DNA of 64,000 nt from assembly GCA_041697335.1 (NCBI GenBank), contig JBGUGD010000030.1, forward strand, positions 89,665 through 153,664. Direction: 5' to 3'. Shown piece after piece: positions 1 through 8,840 of this stretch (position 1 is the first letter of the stretch; the number at the start of each line of letters is the position of its first letter). The translations under genes and the position numbers were made by a program. The notes under the pieces were generated by a model, which saw nothing but the letters and a program-made list of their open reading frames with translations, had not been told where the DNA came from and did not search any database. The stretch is from Vampirovibrionaceae bacterium NZW_1234 (lineage in GTDB: Bacteria > Cyanobacteriota > Vampirovibrionia > Vampirovibrionales > JAGQHJ01).

Positions 1-204
1 ATGCACGATGAGGTTCCCTTTGTGTATGAAGATCAACAAATCCAGCCTCTTTTGCTGAATTTTGCCGTCTATCGATTGACCCAAATCAGTCGGCGCTACT
101 ATTTTGCCACCTTGCAAAATCAACCCCAAGCGATATTAGAAGATTTAAAAACCGTGATTCGGGCCCGACAACAGGAATACGATTTGTTGTTGCATCACGC
201 TTGA
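1..204 (+). CDS. 3' end of an upstream gene (partial, 67 aa C-terminus), product unknown
   Basis: The ORF is open from the window edge to a stop at 204. It is followed by a strong hairpin terminator. I see no recognisable motif. Confidence 0.3.
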   Translation: MHDEVPFVYEDQQIQPLLLNFAVYRLTQISRRYYFATLQNQPQAILEDLKTVIRARQQEYDLLLHHA

Positions 205-224
205 GCCTAACAGGCAACCAATTT

Positions 225-262
225 AAAGCCCTCAAGCCAAAGACGGCTTGAGGGCTTTTTGC
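225..262. terminator. Bidirectional rho-independent terminator between the convergent ORF 1..204 (+) and ymdB-like (-)
   Basis: A perfect 12-14 bp inverted repeat, aaagccctcaagcc / ggcttgagggcttt, with a 6-nt loop. An A-run lies upstream and TTTTT lies downstream. Confidence 0.75.
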
Positions 263-273
263 TTCAGGCAAGT

Positions 274-1134
274 TTAAAGTGCCAATTGTTGCTGAGCTAA
301 AGGCGATAAGAAATCGTCCGAGCCCAGATCTTTAATCAAATTCACTCGCCTGACGTGAACGCAATTGCCGGTTTTGACCTCAATGGTGAATCGACTGGCA
401 TTCACCTGTACGACCGATCCCTCGGCAACATCCATACGGGTAGGGTATAAGGTTTTGAGGCGTTCGATAGAAGGCTCTATGGCCATGCCAATCACACTGT
501 CATAGGTGCCGCAAAAACCGGAATCGGTAATATATCCGGTTTTCCGATTTAAAATCCGCTCGTCGGCGGTTTGCACATGGGTGTGTGTCCCGGTAAAGGC
601 GCTAATGCCAAGAGCGCTGGCATAGCGGGCAAAGGCAATTTTTTCGGCCGTGGCTTCGGCATGAAAATCCACAAAGAGAATGGGGGTTTCGTACAACATC
701 TGCGAGACCAAGGCTTCAATCTTATCCCACGGGGAGTTGTAGTTGTTCATGAAGACCTGGCCAATCAGGTTGATGACCCCGACTTTGAACCCCGGAAAAT
801 CAAACACCCGAGCGCCACAACCCAGGCTGTTATCGGGGAAGTTGGCCGGTCTCAGCAATTGATCGGCGGCATAAATGTAATCAAAAATTTCCTTGCGATC
901 CCAGATATGGTTGCCGCTGGTGAGAATATGGACCCCATTCTGCAGGAGTTCATGGTAGTTCTTTTCACTCAGGCCAAACCCGTGGGAGGCGTTTTCGGCA
1001 TTGGCAATGACCACATCCGGTTTTTGTGAGGCATCCAAGGTCTGCAGGTACCATTGGACCGCCCGCCGGCCTGGCCGACCCACCAGATCACCGAAGAATA
1101 AAATATCGATCGTTTCCGGACAACCTTCACCCAT
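274..1134 (-). CDS. ymdB: YmdB-family metallophosphoesterase (2',3'-cyclic nucleotide phosphodiesterase-like, TIGR00282)
   Basis: 286 aa. The N-terminal FFGDLVGRPGR, the motifs GNHIWD and GTHTHV, and the overall length match the YmdB calcineurin-like phosphoesterase family. Confidence 0.8.
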   Translation of the reverse strand: MGEGCPETIDILFFGDLVGRPGRRAVQWYLQTLDASQKPDVVIANAENASHGFGLSEKNYHELLQNGVHILTSGNHIWDRKEIFDYIYAADQLLRPANFPDNSLGCGARVFDFPGFKVGVINLIGQVFMNNYNSPWDKIEALVSQMLYETPILFVDFHAEATAEKIAFARYASALGISAFTGTHTHVQTADERILNRKTGYITDSGFCGTYDSVIGMAIEPSIERLKTLYPTRMDVAEGSVVQVNASRFTIEVKTGNCVHVRRVNLIKDLGSDDFLSPLAQQQLAL

Positions 1135-1450
1135 GGTATGTGACGTCCTTTCTAAGAGCTGTCGTGCTCGGACAAGGGCTTGTGAGGGACTCGCGATGAC
1201 TGACTTATCGCATTGTTATTGTACCCTACGCCTATTTGCTACTGCAAGCAGCGAGGGCAATGCTCAAGGGTAGTGGCCAGTATAAGGCGTGGCTAAGGGG
1301 TTTGGCAGGTACCCCTTGCATAGACCATGGTGAGCGCGATGAGCAACTGCGTGAAGTGTATCCATCAGGCCAATGCATTTCTGAATATCGGATCTTTAAG
1401 ATGAAGTGTTACTAGTCTAATGCGTGGGCTGAATCAGGAGGTACGTTCAC

Positions 1451-1657
1451 ATGGCTGCACAGGGCAGAGGTCGCGGGAAGACACCCCAGAAATCTAAGGC
1501 AATGACCGTCCAAGAGGCGGGGCGAAAAGGGGGCAATGTGGTGAAAGAAAAGTATGGGCCTGAATTTTATTCGGAAATCGGTAAAAAAGGCGGCGAAAAA
1601 GTTCAGGCTGAAGCAAAACGCTATCGCGAGTTGAAAAAATCGGGACAGTTGGATTAA
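1451..1657 (+). CDS. KGG-repeat general stress protein (YciG/con-10 family), copy 1
   Basis: 68 aa with the repeated motifs GRKGG.. and GKKGGE (the KGG stress-induced repeat). An AGGAGG RBS sits 7 nt upstream of the ATG. Confidence 0.75.
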   Translation: MAAQGRGRGKTPQKSKAMTVQEAGRKGGNVVKEKYGPEFYSEIGKKGGEKVQAEAKRYRELKKSGQLD

Positions 1658-1688
1658 GGCACGCATTATCATAAAAGGAGAATTCCTC

Positions 1689-1916
1689 ATGGCGGAAAGA
1701 AAACATCGGAAGTCCACCAAAACAGCGGAGAAAGGCAAAAAAGAAGCCATGACCGTTCAAGAAGCCGGACGTAAAGGCGGCAATGCTGTTAAAGAGAAGT
1801 ATGGCCCTGAGTTTTATTCCAAAATCGGACAAAAAGGTGGTGAAATTCGTGGGCGTGAGATTTCTGAAGCGGCTAAGTATTTTCGTGAGCATCCCAATGT
1901 GTCCAGCAATGCCTGA
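1689..1916 (+). CDS. KGG-repeat general stress protein, copy 2 (tandem paralogue)
   Basis: 75 aa. It is co-linear with copy 1 (MTVQEAGRKGGN.VKEKYGPEFYS.IG.KGGE). An AAAGGAG RBS is present. Confidence 0.75.
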   Translation: MAERKHRKSTKTAEKGKKEAMTVQEAGRKGGNAVKEKYGPEFYSKIGQKGGEIRGREISEAAKYFREHPNVSSNA

Positions 1917-2118
1917 TTGGCCGACCTTGTCCATGACACCACTGGAACGCTTGTTGCCGTTTCCTGGAGTTGGGGGCTGCAATGGACTGTAAACCCCCCA
2001 GTGGAGCAGTGTTTGTTCGGGAAACGCGACAGTAAACTGAATCAGCATCTCCAGATTGGACTTGGCAGATGCTTTTGATGGACCCCAATGCCCTGTCTTG
2101 GGAAGGAGAATTTGTTGC

Positions 2119-2418
2119 ATGGCAACGCAGAAAAATGAAGATTATGTTGGTGAAGAGCACGATTCGCGGGGTGGTTCCCTTATTGTGACCCAGGAGGAAT
2201 GGTTGCATCTGGACTCGCTTTGGGAGCCTGAAACGGTGGACTTGATCCAGGAAAAGCTTCAAGGCCGAGCCACGTTGACTTTGGATCATCACCATCATGG
2301 CAGCTTTCAAGAGTCTGACGGAGCTGGTGCCCACGATTTTTACCTGGCTTTTGAACCTCAGCGGGTTGTCTTTCATATGAATCGCCATGCGTTTCACCGG
2401 ATTGAGGCGGTGAAGTAG
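2119..2418 (+). CDS. hypothetical protein (99 aa)
   Basis: The ORF has a strong GGAAGGAG RBS 10 nt upstream of the ATG at 2119. The longer ORF from 2056 has no RBS. I recognise no domain. Confidence 0.45.
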   Translation: MATQKNEDYVGEEHDSRGGSLIVTQEEWLHLDSLWEPETVDLIQEKLQGRATLTLDHHHHGSFQESDGAGAHDFYLAFEPQRVVFHMNRHAFHRIEAVK

Positions 2419-2494
2419 CGATGTGGCAGGGCATTATTTTATGAATTAGCGATATTTTTTGGGTAGGTATCAAACAAGGAGGGGGACCGAGGTT

Positions 2495-2698
2495 ATGGCA
2501 TGCATATTTACGCCTTATGCCGGGGTATTGTCTAAGCAAAAATCTTTGGCGTGGATTCTAACCTTGGACGACGAGGGGGAGTCCGAAAATGCCTCGCGAG
2601 CGATTGAACGCTTGTCCCATCTGGGTTTGTCTCCCTATTGGGATAAGAATGGGTTGGATCTGGATGAATGGCAAACCGATCCGGAAGTGGACGATTGA
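2495..2698 (+). CDS. hypothetical small acidic protein (67 aa)
   Basis: The ATG is preceded by AAGGAGGGGG. The product is acidic and has no recognisable motif. Confidence 0.35.
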   Translation: MACIFTPYAGVLSKQKSLAWILTLDDEGESENASRAIERLSHLGLSPYWDKNGLDLDEWQTDPEVDD

Positions 2699-2831
2699 TT
2701 TGCTTGTCGAGTGATTATTCAGAGCAATAGCCTTTAGAATGGCTCCGAGACTAAATTGTCAGGGGCCATTTGGTTTTTAGCCAGCGATTAAGCGAGTTGC
2801 AGCCTCGATCGATTTTTACGTGTCTTCATTC

Positions 2832-2860
2832 TTGACCCGGCATTTCACTTCAAGTATAAG
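2832..2860 (+). promoter_or_regulatory. sigma70-type promoter for tRNA-Val
   Basis: TTGACC (2832-2837), a 17-nt spacer, then TATAAG (2855-2860). The -10 lies about 55 nt upstream of the tRNA 5' end. Confidence 0.55.
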
Positions 2861-2912
2861 TAAGGGGCAGGTGTATTCACCGTCCATTATTTCACCCTGG
2901 CCACATTGATGT

Positions 2913-2988
2913 GGGCGCTTAGCTCAGTTGGTAGAGCGCCTCCCTTACAAGGAGGATGTCGGGAGTTCGAGCCTCTCAGCGCCCACCA
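2913..2988 (+). tRNA. tRNA-Val (anticodon TAC)
   Basis: The cloverleaf starts GGGCGCTTAGCTCAGTTGGTAGAGCGCC. The anticodon loop is CTTACAA, the T-arm is GGGAGTTCGAGCCTCTC, and the 3' end is ...GCGCCCACCA, giving 76 nt. Confidence 0.9.
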
Positions 2989-3188
2989 TTTTTCAGGCAA
3001 TTCTTTGTCTATCGATTTCGAGTTCTAAGGGGATTGAGTGCATAATTGCTTAATTCATTGGCCTGAGAATACTCGCTTACTGCCGAAAGCTTTATGAAAC
3101 CGGTGATTATCTCCTGTGAATAGAGGGTGTCGGCTATTTGCGCTATCGATACAATACAAGATCGATGGGTCATTGTAATGAGTACTTC

Positions 3189-4259
3189 ATGTTATTTCCA
3201 GTTATTCTTTCTGGTGGAATAGGTAGCCGTTTGTGGCCCTTATCACAGCCTCAACTGCCCAAGCAATTTTTGCCCTTGAACGGACAGCATAGTATCCTGC
3301 AGGAAACGGTGTTACGTTTAAAGGATTTTCAGGATATTGCACCTATCACCTATGTTTGCAATCAAACTCACCAGTTGCTCATTCAATCGCAATTAGAGCA
3401 GATTGACGCTCAGCCCCATATCATTATTATTGAGCCTGAAGCCAAAAATACGGCTCCGGCCATAGCCAGCGCCGCATTTTATCTTGAGCATGTTCCTGAT
3501 GATCCGTTAATGATGGTATTGCCTTCGGATCACATCATTCAGGATAAAGACGCTTTTTACCGCTACATTCAGCAAGGAGCAGACCTGGCTCGGGAAGGTT
3601 ATCTTGTTTCCCTTGGCATCACTCCGGATCGGCCCCATACGGGCTATGGGTATATTCGGCCTGGCCAAGAAATTGCCGGGTTTGAAGACGCATTCATGGT
3701 GGATCGATTTGTTGAAAAACCTGACTTGGCCACCGCAACCTCTTATGTGCAAGAGGGCAGATATCTTTGGAACAGCGGTATTTTGATCTTTCGGCCGAGT
3801 GTATTTTTGGAGGAACTCAAGCACTTTGCACCAGGGATCTTTACGGCGTGCCAGCAAGCGGTTCAGCATTCAAAGCAACGGCCTTACCAGCATATTCTGG
3901 ATCCAGCTGCCTTTTCTGCCTGTCCTTCAGGTCCCGTGGATGTTGAGATTATGGAGAAAACAAAGCGCGCTGCTGTTATCCAGGTGAACATGGGCTGGTG
4001 TGATGTGGGATCCTGGAGTTCGTTGTGGGAAATCAGTCCCAAGGATCAACAAGGCAATGTGGCTAACCGTAAAGTCTTTTTTAAGAATGCTGAAAATTGT
4101 TATGTTAACGCTGAAAAGGAATTGGTGGTTGTGATGGGAGTGAATGACCTGATTATCATTGATACTGGAAACGCGCTTCTCATTGCGCATAAGGAAAACG
4201 AAGCCGATATTCGTGAAATGTCCAAGGTTGTCCAAAAGACCTCGATCTCACAGGAATAA
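3189..4259 (+). CDS. mannose-1-phosphate guanylyltransferase (NTP-transferase domain only, no C-terminal cupin/PMI domain)
   Basis: The N-terminus MLFPVILSGGIGSRLWPLS is a nucleotidyl-transferase G-loop. Length and central motifs match GDP-mannose pyrophosphorylases. I prefer the start at 3189 (MLFPV...) over the ORF-track ATG at 3138. Confidence 0.8.
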   Translation: MLFPVILSGGIGSRLWPLSQPQLPKQFLPLNGQHSILQETVLRLKDFQDIAPITYVCNQTHQLLIQSQLEQIDAQPHIIIIEPEAKNTAPAIASAAFYLEHVPDDPLMMVLPSDHIIQDKDAFYRYIQQGADLAREGYLVSLGITPDRPHTGYGYIRPGQEIAGFEDAFMVDRFVEKPDLATATSYVQEGRYLWNSGILIFRPSVFLEELKHFAPGIFTACQQAVQHSKQRPYQHILDPAAFSACPSGPVDVEIMEKTKRAAVIQVNMGWCDVGSWSSLWEISPKDQQGNVANRKVFFKNAENCYVNAEKELVVVMGVNDLIIIDTGNALLIAHKENEADIREMSKVVQKTSISQE

Positions 4260-4445
4260 CCCGCGAACTTTTTTGGATCTGTGCTTCTCACTTTGTCTGA
4301 TTACAGTGCTTTGTATCGAAATACTTCTCTATGTCGCGGGTAAATAACAGTCACTTTACTTACAGGAAAAATCCATTGTCCATATGAGGTTGTCGAGTTT
4401 AAAAATTAGGACAATACGGGTACATCAGCATAGCTATGAATTGCA

Positions 4446-5258
4446 ATGAGCTCACTACCGAAAATCTCTATTGTAGTGCCTTCCTATAATCAAGGCGAGT
4501 TTCTGGAAGAGACTCTGCAAAGTATTTTCACCCAAAATTACCCTAATATCGAGTTAATTATTATGGATGGTGGGTCAACGGACAATTCGGTGGAAATTAT
4601 TCGGAAATATGAACATGCTATTGCGTCCTGGGTTTCCAAGCCTGACAAAGGGCAAACCGATGCTTTAATTCAGGGTTTTAAAATTGCAACTGGTGATATT
4701 CATTGTTGGTTGAATGCTGACGATCTGTGGGAACCCAATACACTGTTTGAAGTTGCAGAGTTCTTTCAAAAACATTCCAAGTATGACGCTGTCTTTGGCA
4801 ATGCGCTTATGGTGGATAAACACAACCGGCTCATTTCAACTCGAATTGAGCATCCCTTTTGCAGGTTTATCAGCATCTACTTAGGGGCAAATATCCTAAG
4901 TCCTGCCATGTTCTGGCGTCCAGAAATTTATACCCGTGTTGGTGGTTTAAATCCAGATTATAAAATTAGCCTTGATACTGATCTCTGGCTTCGCTTTGCG
5001 AATGCGGGTGGGCGAATAGGCCATGTGAAATCAATTTGGGCTCGGTGTCGTGTACATAAAAATACGAAATCGAGTCGCCTTGGCAAAATGTCAAAAGAAT
5101 GGGACGAAATTTGCGAGCGCAACCAGCATAAAAATAAACTCGTTCGATTTTTCTGTAAGGTAATTGCCAGAATTATGCGCGTCATTTGGAAAACACTTGT
5201 TGGGGGATATGGGAAAGGATATCGGTATCTCGATTATGACTACCAGCTCGATGATTAA
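4446..5258 (+). CDS. family-2 glycosyltransferase
   Basis: ISIVVPSYNQGEFLEETLQSI...IIMDGGSTD...WLNADD is the classic GT2 DxD architecture. Confidence 0.85.
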   Translation: MSSLPKISIVVPSYNQGEFLEETLQSIFTQNYPNIELIIMDGGSTDNSVEIIRKYEHAIASWVSKPDKGQTDALIQGFKIATGDIHCWLNADDLWEPNTLFEVAEFFQKHSKYDAVFGNALMVDKHNRLISTRIEHPFCRFISIYLGANILSPAMFWRPEIYTRVGGLNPDYKISLDTDLWLRFANAGGRIGHVKSIWARCRVHKNTKSSRLGKMSKEWDEICERNQHKNKLVRFFCKVIARIMRVIWKTLVGGYGKGYRYLDYDYQLDD

Positions 5259-6546
5259 TACCCCAAGAGCACAATTCTCCAGCCGCTCTATTACCTCTTT
5301 CTTTACCGCGGAGCGTCTTGTCTTTATTGTCGCCTTTTTACAAGGCGGTTACAATGTTTTGCTCTTTTTATTTTTACGACATCATGCTGACTCCATCCGA
5401 GGAAGCCTCCACATTTTGGTTGATATTATCCTATTGGCGTTGACGTTACTCCTGTATAAGCAGAAATACACGCGCTTTGATCTGCAATCACGATTTAGAC
5501 AATGTCCCCTTGAGCTCAAAGTTCTATTTTTCTATATTCTTTGGTCATTAATGACTTTTTTATGGAATAAAGGCGGGAATGTTTATATGGAGACTGGGGT
5601 TTCCGACAAGCTACGATTCTTTTTTATGGTAGTCGAAGTTGCAATTCAAACCATAACTGTTTTCCTTTTGATGTATTTGCTCGATATCAAAAATGCCGTT
5701 GTGAAATTTTTTCAAGGGTTGAGCTTGAGTGCGATTTCGATGTGCTTAACTATTTTGGTATTCCGTGATCAATTTGGGGATAGATTGGGCGATTTAGAAC
5801 ACCGAACGATTGCAGCCACAGAAGTCTCTACTTTGACGGCTTATGTACTTTTGGTTACTGTGTGGTTGTTTATCCATGTGGGTAAAACATACAAGCAAAA
5901 ACTATTTTATGGGTTTGCTATTTTATTAGAATTCTACAGTTTGTTTTCCGGGCTGGGTAAAACAGCATTAATTTCGGGTTCTCTGTTTACCCTTATTTAT
6001 ATTCTCCTAACGAAGCGTATTTCTTTTAAAGCAAAGCTTTTTAGTTTTGCTGGTTTACTTGCTGTTTTTGGTGCAGTACAAGATCGTGTTTTTACGTACT
6101 TTACTCAGTACGCACTGGAGATGGAGAGAATTGGAGAGAGTGTGACGGGACTTTCTGGGCGCACAGAGTACTGGAAAGACATGCTAGAGCGCATACCTCA
6201 CAACTTGCTCTGGGGTCATGGGCTTAATTTAGAGGTGGGCGGTCATAATGAAATTTTAGGTGTTTTATATTCATATGGCTTGATAGGACTGCTCTTAATG
6301 TTATGGATAACATGGATTTATGTTCAAAGGTGCTTAAATTTGAGTAGAAAATCCGTGGTCAATCTGTATTTTTGTATCAATGAAAACCAATTTTTCAGTA
6401 TATTGCTACTAAGTGTCTTTTTTCTGATGGGGACAACTTCCAATCTCATCATTTCGATTTTTTATATGCCATTGCCTTTATTTGTTTTGATGAGTTTTTT
6501 CTTGGCTCAAACACCTTTGAAAAGTGGACAAGAAGAAGTTACCTAG
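5236..6546 (+). CDS. O-antigen ligase/Wzy-like polytopic membrane protein
   Basis: It has at least 10 predicted TM helices and a GHNEILGVLYSYGLIGLL block typical of the Wzy_C/O-antigen-ligase family. It is AT-rich. The start is uncertain (5164, 5236 or 5251). Confidence 0.65.
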   Translation: MTTSSMINTPRAQFSSRSITSFFTAERLVFIVAFLQGGYNVLLFLFLRHHADSIRGSLHILVDIILLALTLLLYKQKYTRFDLQSRFRQCPLELKVLFFYILWSLMTFLWNKGGNVYMETGVSDKLRFFFMVVEVAIQTITVFLLMYLLDIKNAVVKFFQGLSLSAISMCLTILVFRDQFGDRLGDLEHRTIAATEVSTLTAYVLLVTVWLFIHVGKTYKQKLFYGFAILLEFYSLFSGLGKTALISGSLFTLIYILLTKRISFKAKLFSFAGLLAVFGAVQDRVFTYFTQYALEMERIGESVTGLSGRTEYWKDMLERIPHNLLWGHGLNLEVGGHNEILGVLYSYGLIGLLLMLWITWIYVQRCLNLSRKSVVNLYFCINENQFFSILLLSVFFLMGTTSNLIISIFYMPLPLFVLMSFFLAQTPLKSGQEEVT

Positions 6547-6571
6547 ATATTAACCGAGAGATTTTTTTTAA

Positions 6572-7546
6572 ATGTTGTCATCCACGTTGTTGTCTCAGGT
6601 ACAGGTGCCTCAAACTCTTCCGCCTATCTTGATCATTGCCTTTAATCGCCCTGATACCTTAGAGCAAGTTTTACGTTCACTTTCTGATCAATCATTATTG
6701 CCAGATAAGGTGATTGCTTATGTTGATGGGCCTCGGGGCCCATCTGATATTGAGAAGGTTCAACAATGTATAGACCTTCTAACAGGGTATCGCTTACCAG
6801 GCTCATTAGAACTTCATGTCCGGTCTCAAAATCATGGTATGAACCGAAATACTTTAGAGGCCATTTCAGAGGCTTTAACGAGTCATGAATCTGTGGTTGT
6901 CATTGAAGATGATATTCTGCCGAATCCGTTTTTTTATGAACTGATGGTAAAGCTCTTAAGTGTTTATTCTGAAGAAAAAAACATTTTTTCTATTTCTGGT
7001 TATGCCCATTGGCGTGAATCCGATTTTTCAATTTGTTATGAGAAGGAGTTTAATCAGATTCAGGAGCAATTAAGCACGGATTTTATCTGTATTAACCGCC
7101 TTATTGCATGGGGTTGGGCCACTTGGGCTGATCGATGGCAAAAAGCTATGTCAAATCAGATGACAAGCAAATTACCCTACTTCTCTTTATTATTTCGACC
7201 TTTATACCCTTATACCTATCAATTAAATTATTTTTTGATTTCTCAAATCATAAAACGCAAGCTCGTCTGGGATACCCCCTTGGCTCTGAATTGTCTCTTA
7301 AAAGGCTATATCCATCTCTGCCCACAATACTCGATGATACGAAATATTGGCTTTGGTGAAGAAGCGACCCATACTAAAAGTAACACTTACTCTCTCATGA
7401 ATCAGTCCTATCGTGCTGATTTTTGTCCTGAAAGTTTACCCGAATCGCTGCAGTGTCATCCAATCATGCTTAAGCCACTGAGCTTATTGGCTCTAGTGCG
7501 CTTGCTGATATATCGTATCAAAGAAAAATTAGCATATTCTACATAG
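6572..7546 (+). CDS. putative glycosyltransferase (GT-A-like, family unassigned)
   Basis: PILIIAFNRPDTLEQVLRSL...VVVIEDDILP resembles the N-terminal beta-alpha-beta and DxD region of GT-A enzymes. It sits inside the polysaccharide cluster and is AT-rich. Confidence 0.45.
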   Translation: MLSSTLLSQVQVPQTLPPILIIAFNRPDTLEQVLRSLSDQSLLPDKVIAYVDGPRGPSDIEKVQQCIDLLTGYRLPGSLELHVRSQNHGMNRNTLEAISEALTSHESVVVIEDDILPNPFFYELMVKLLSVYSEEKNIFSISGYAHWRESDFSICYEKEFNQIQEQLSTDFICINRLIAWGWATWADRWQKAMSNQMTSKLPYFSLLFRPLYPYTYQLNYFLISQIIKRKLVWDTPLALNCLLKGYIHLCPQYSMIRNIGFGEEATHTKSNTYSLMNQSYRADFCPESLPESLQCHPIMLKPLSLLALVRLLIYRIKEKLAYST

Positions 7547-7550
7547 TCCT

Positions 7551-8732
7551 ATGCGTGTTTTATTCGTTCATAATTATTATAAAAACCTTGGAGGGGGAGA
7601 AGATCGTGTTTTTGATTTGGAAGTTTCACTTTTGCAAGAGAGTGGGCTAGACGTTGATGTCTTTGTCACCCGAAATCATGGGGCCAAGAATGCCTTTGAT
7701 CTGGTTAAAATTGGTTTTAATACCCTATTTTGCTATCAGGCTTATTCTGACATGCTAGAGCGTATTCGCCTTTTTAAGCCAGACGTGATTCACGTTCATA
7801 ACCTCTTCCCTCAGCTTTCACCGGCAGTGCTGTATGCTGCAAAAAAATGTCGAGTTCCTGTTGTGATGACGTTGCATAATTATCGCTTATCCTGTGCCAA
7901 CGCGGTCATGTTGCGTGAAAATACATTTTGCAACCAATGCAATTCTGAAGCATTTCCCTTAAGTGCCATCAAGTATGGGTGTTATATGGGTTCTCCTGTT
8001 GCCACTGTTCCTGTGGCTGGCATGATTGCGTTGCATCGGTACTTAAAGACCTGGCAGAAGTGTGTGGCCCGATTTGTTATGGTCTCTGACGCTCAGAAAC
8101 AACTTTTACTCGAGGCCAATCTGGGTTTGGATCCACAGAAGATAACCGTTAAGCCGAACTTTGTTTTCGATACTGAGGAGTTATCCTATTCCAAGGACAA
8201 TTATTTTCTTTTTGTGGGTAATCTGGCTCAACATAAAGGCGTGCCGCTCTTACTTGAGGTCTTTCAAAACGTTCAGTACCCCTTGAAGCTTATTGGCCTT
8301 GGAGAGCTCCAGCCCTTGGTAGAGCAGGCCGCCACAGAGAACCCCCATATCGAGTATTTGGGTTATCAGTCACCTGAAATCGTCAGAGCCTTCATGGCAA
8401 AAGCCAAAGCCATCGTCTTGCCTTCGCTGTGTTATGAAACATTTGGTATGGTTATTATTGAAGCCTTTTCCGTCGCAACGCCTGCTGTTGTTTCAAATAT
8501 TGGAGGGCCGGGGTGTATTGTTCAAGAGGGCAACAATGGTCTTCTCGTAGAGCCGGGCAATGCCGATGATCTAAAAGCCAAACTCACACAACTTTGGAAC
8601 GATCAAGACCTTCATCAGACCCTCTCTCGAAATGCCCGACTCAGCTATGAGAGGCAGTATTCACCCCAGGAAAATCGTGATCAGTTAATGCGGATCTATC
8701 ATGAGGTCATATCAGGCTCAAGCTCTACCTGA
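7551..8732 (+). CDS. family-4 (GT-B) glycosyltransferase
   Basis: MRVLFVHNYY...GGGE at the N-terminus and the EAFSVATPAVVSNIGGPGCIVQEGNNGLLVEPGNADDL C-terminal GT4 signature. Confidence 0.85.
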   Translation: MRVLFVHNYYKNLGGGEDRVFDLEVSLLQESGLDVDVFVTRNHGAKNAFDLVKIGFNTLFCYQAYSDMLERIRLFKPDVIHVHNLFPQLSPAVLYAAKKCRVPVVMTLHNYRLSCANAVMLRENTFCNQCNSEAFPLSAIKYGCYMGSPVATVPVAGMIALHRYLKTWQKCVARFVMVSDAQKQLLLEANLGLDPQKITVKPNFVFDTEELSYSKDNYFLFVGNLAQHKGVPLLLEVFQNVQYPLKLIGLGELQPLVEQAATENPHIEYLGYQSPEIVRAFMAKAKAIVLPSLCYETFGMVIIEAFSVATPAVVSNIGGPGCIVQEGNNGLLVEPGNADDLKAKLTQLWNDQDLHQTLSRNARLSYERQYSPQENRDQLMRIYHEVISGSSST

Positions 8733-8840
8733 GGAGCCATAACCCTGATGCTTGGATTCTCCATTGCCTAGAGGATGAGAATTGGCAGACCCTATGGTTC
8801 AATAACTGTAAAATAGGCAACGACTGGACAGCCTTTCCCG

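Noticed and set aside
1303-1320. sigma54-like TGGCAG...TTGCA element upstream of the KGG genes
   Set aside because: The GG-to-GC spacing is 12 nt rather than the obligatory 10. It also lies about 130 nt from the nearest start codon.
4260-4340. CCCGCGA ... TCGCGGG 7-bp inverted repeat separated by about 70 nt after manC
   Set aside because: The loop is too large for a terminator. The arm is short enough to arise by chance in GC-rich DNA.
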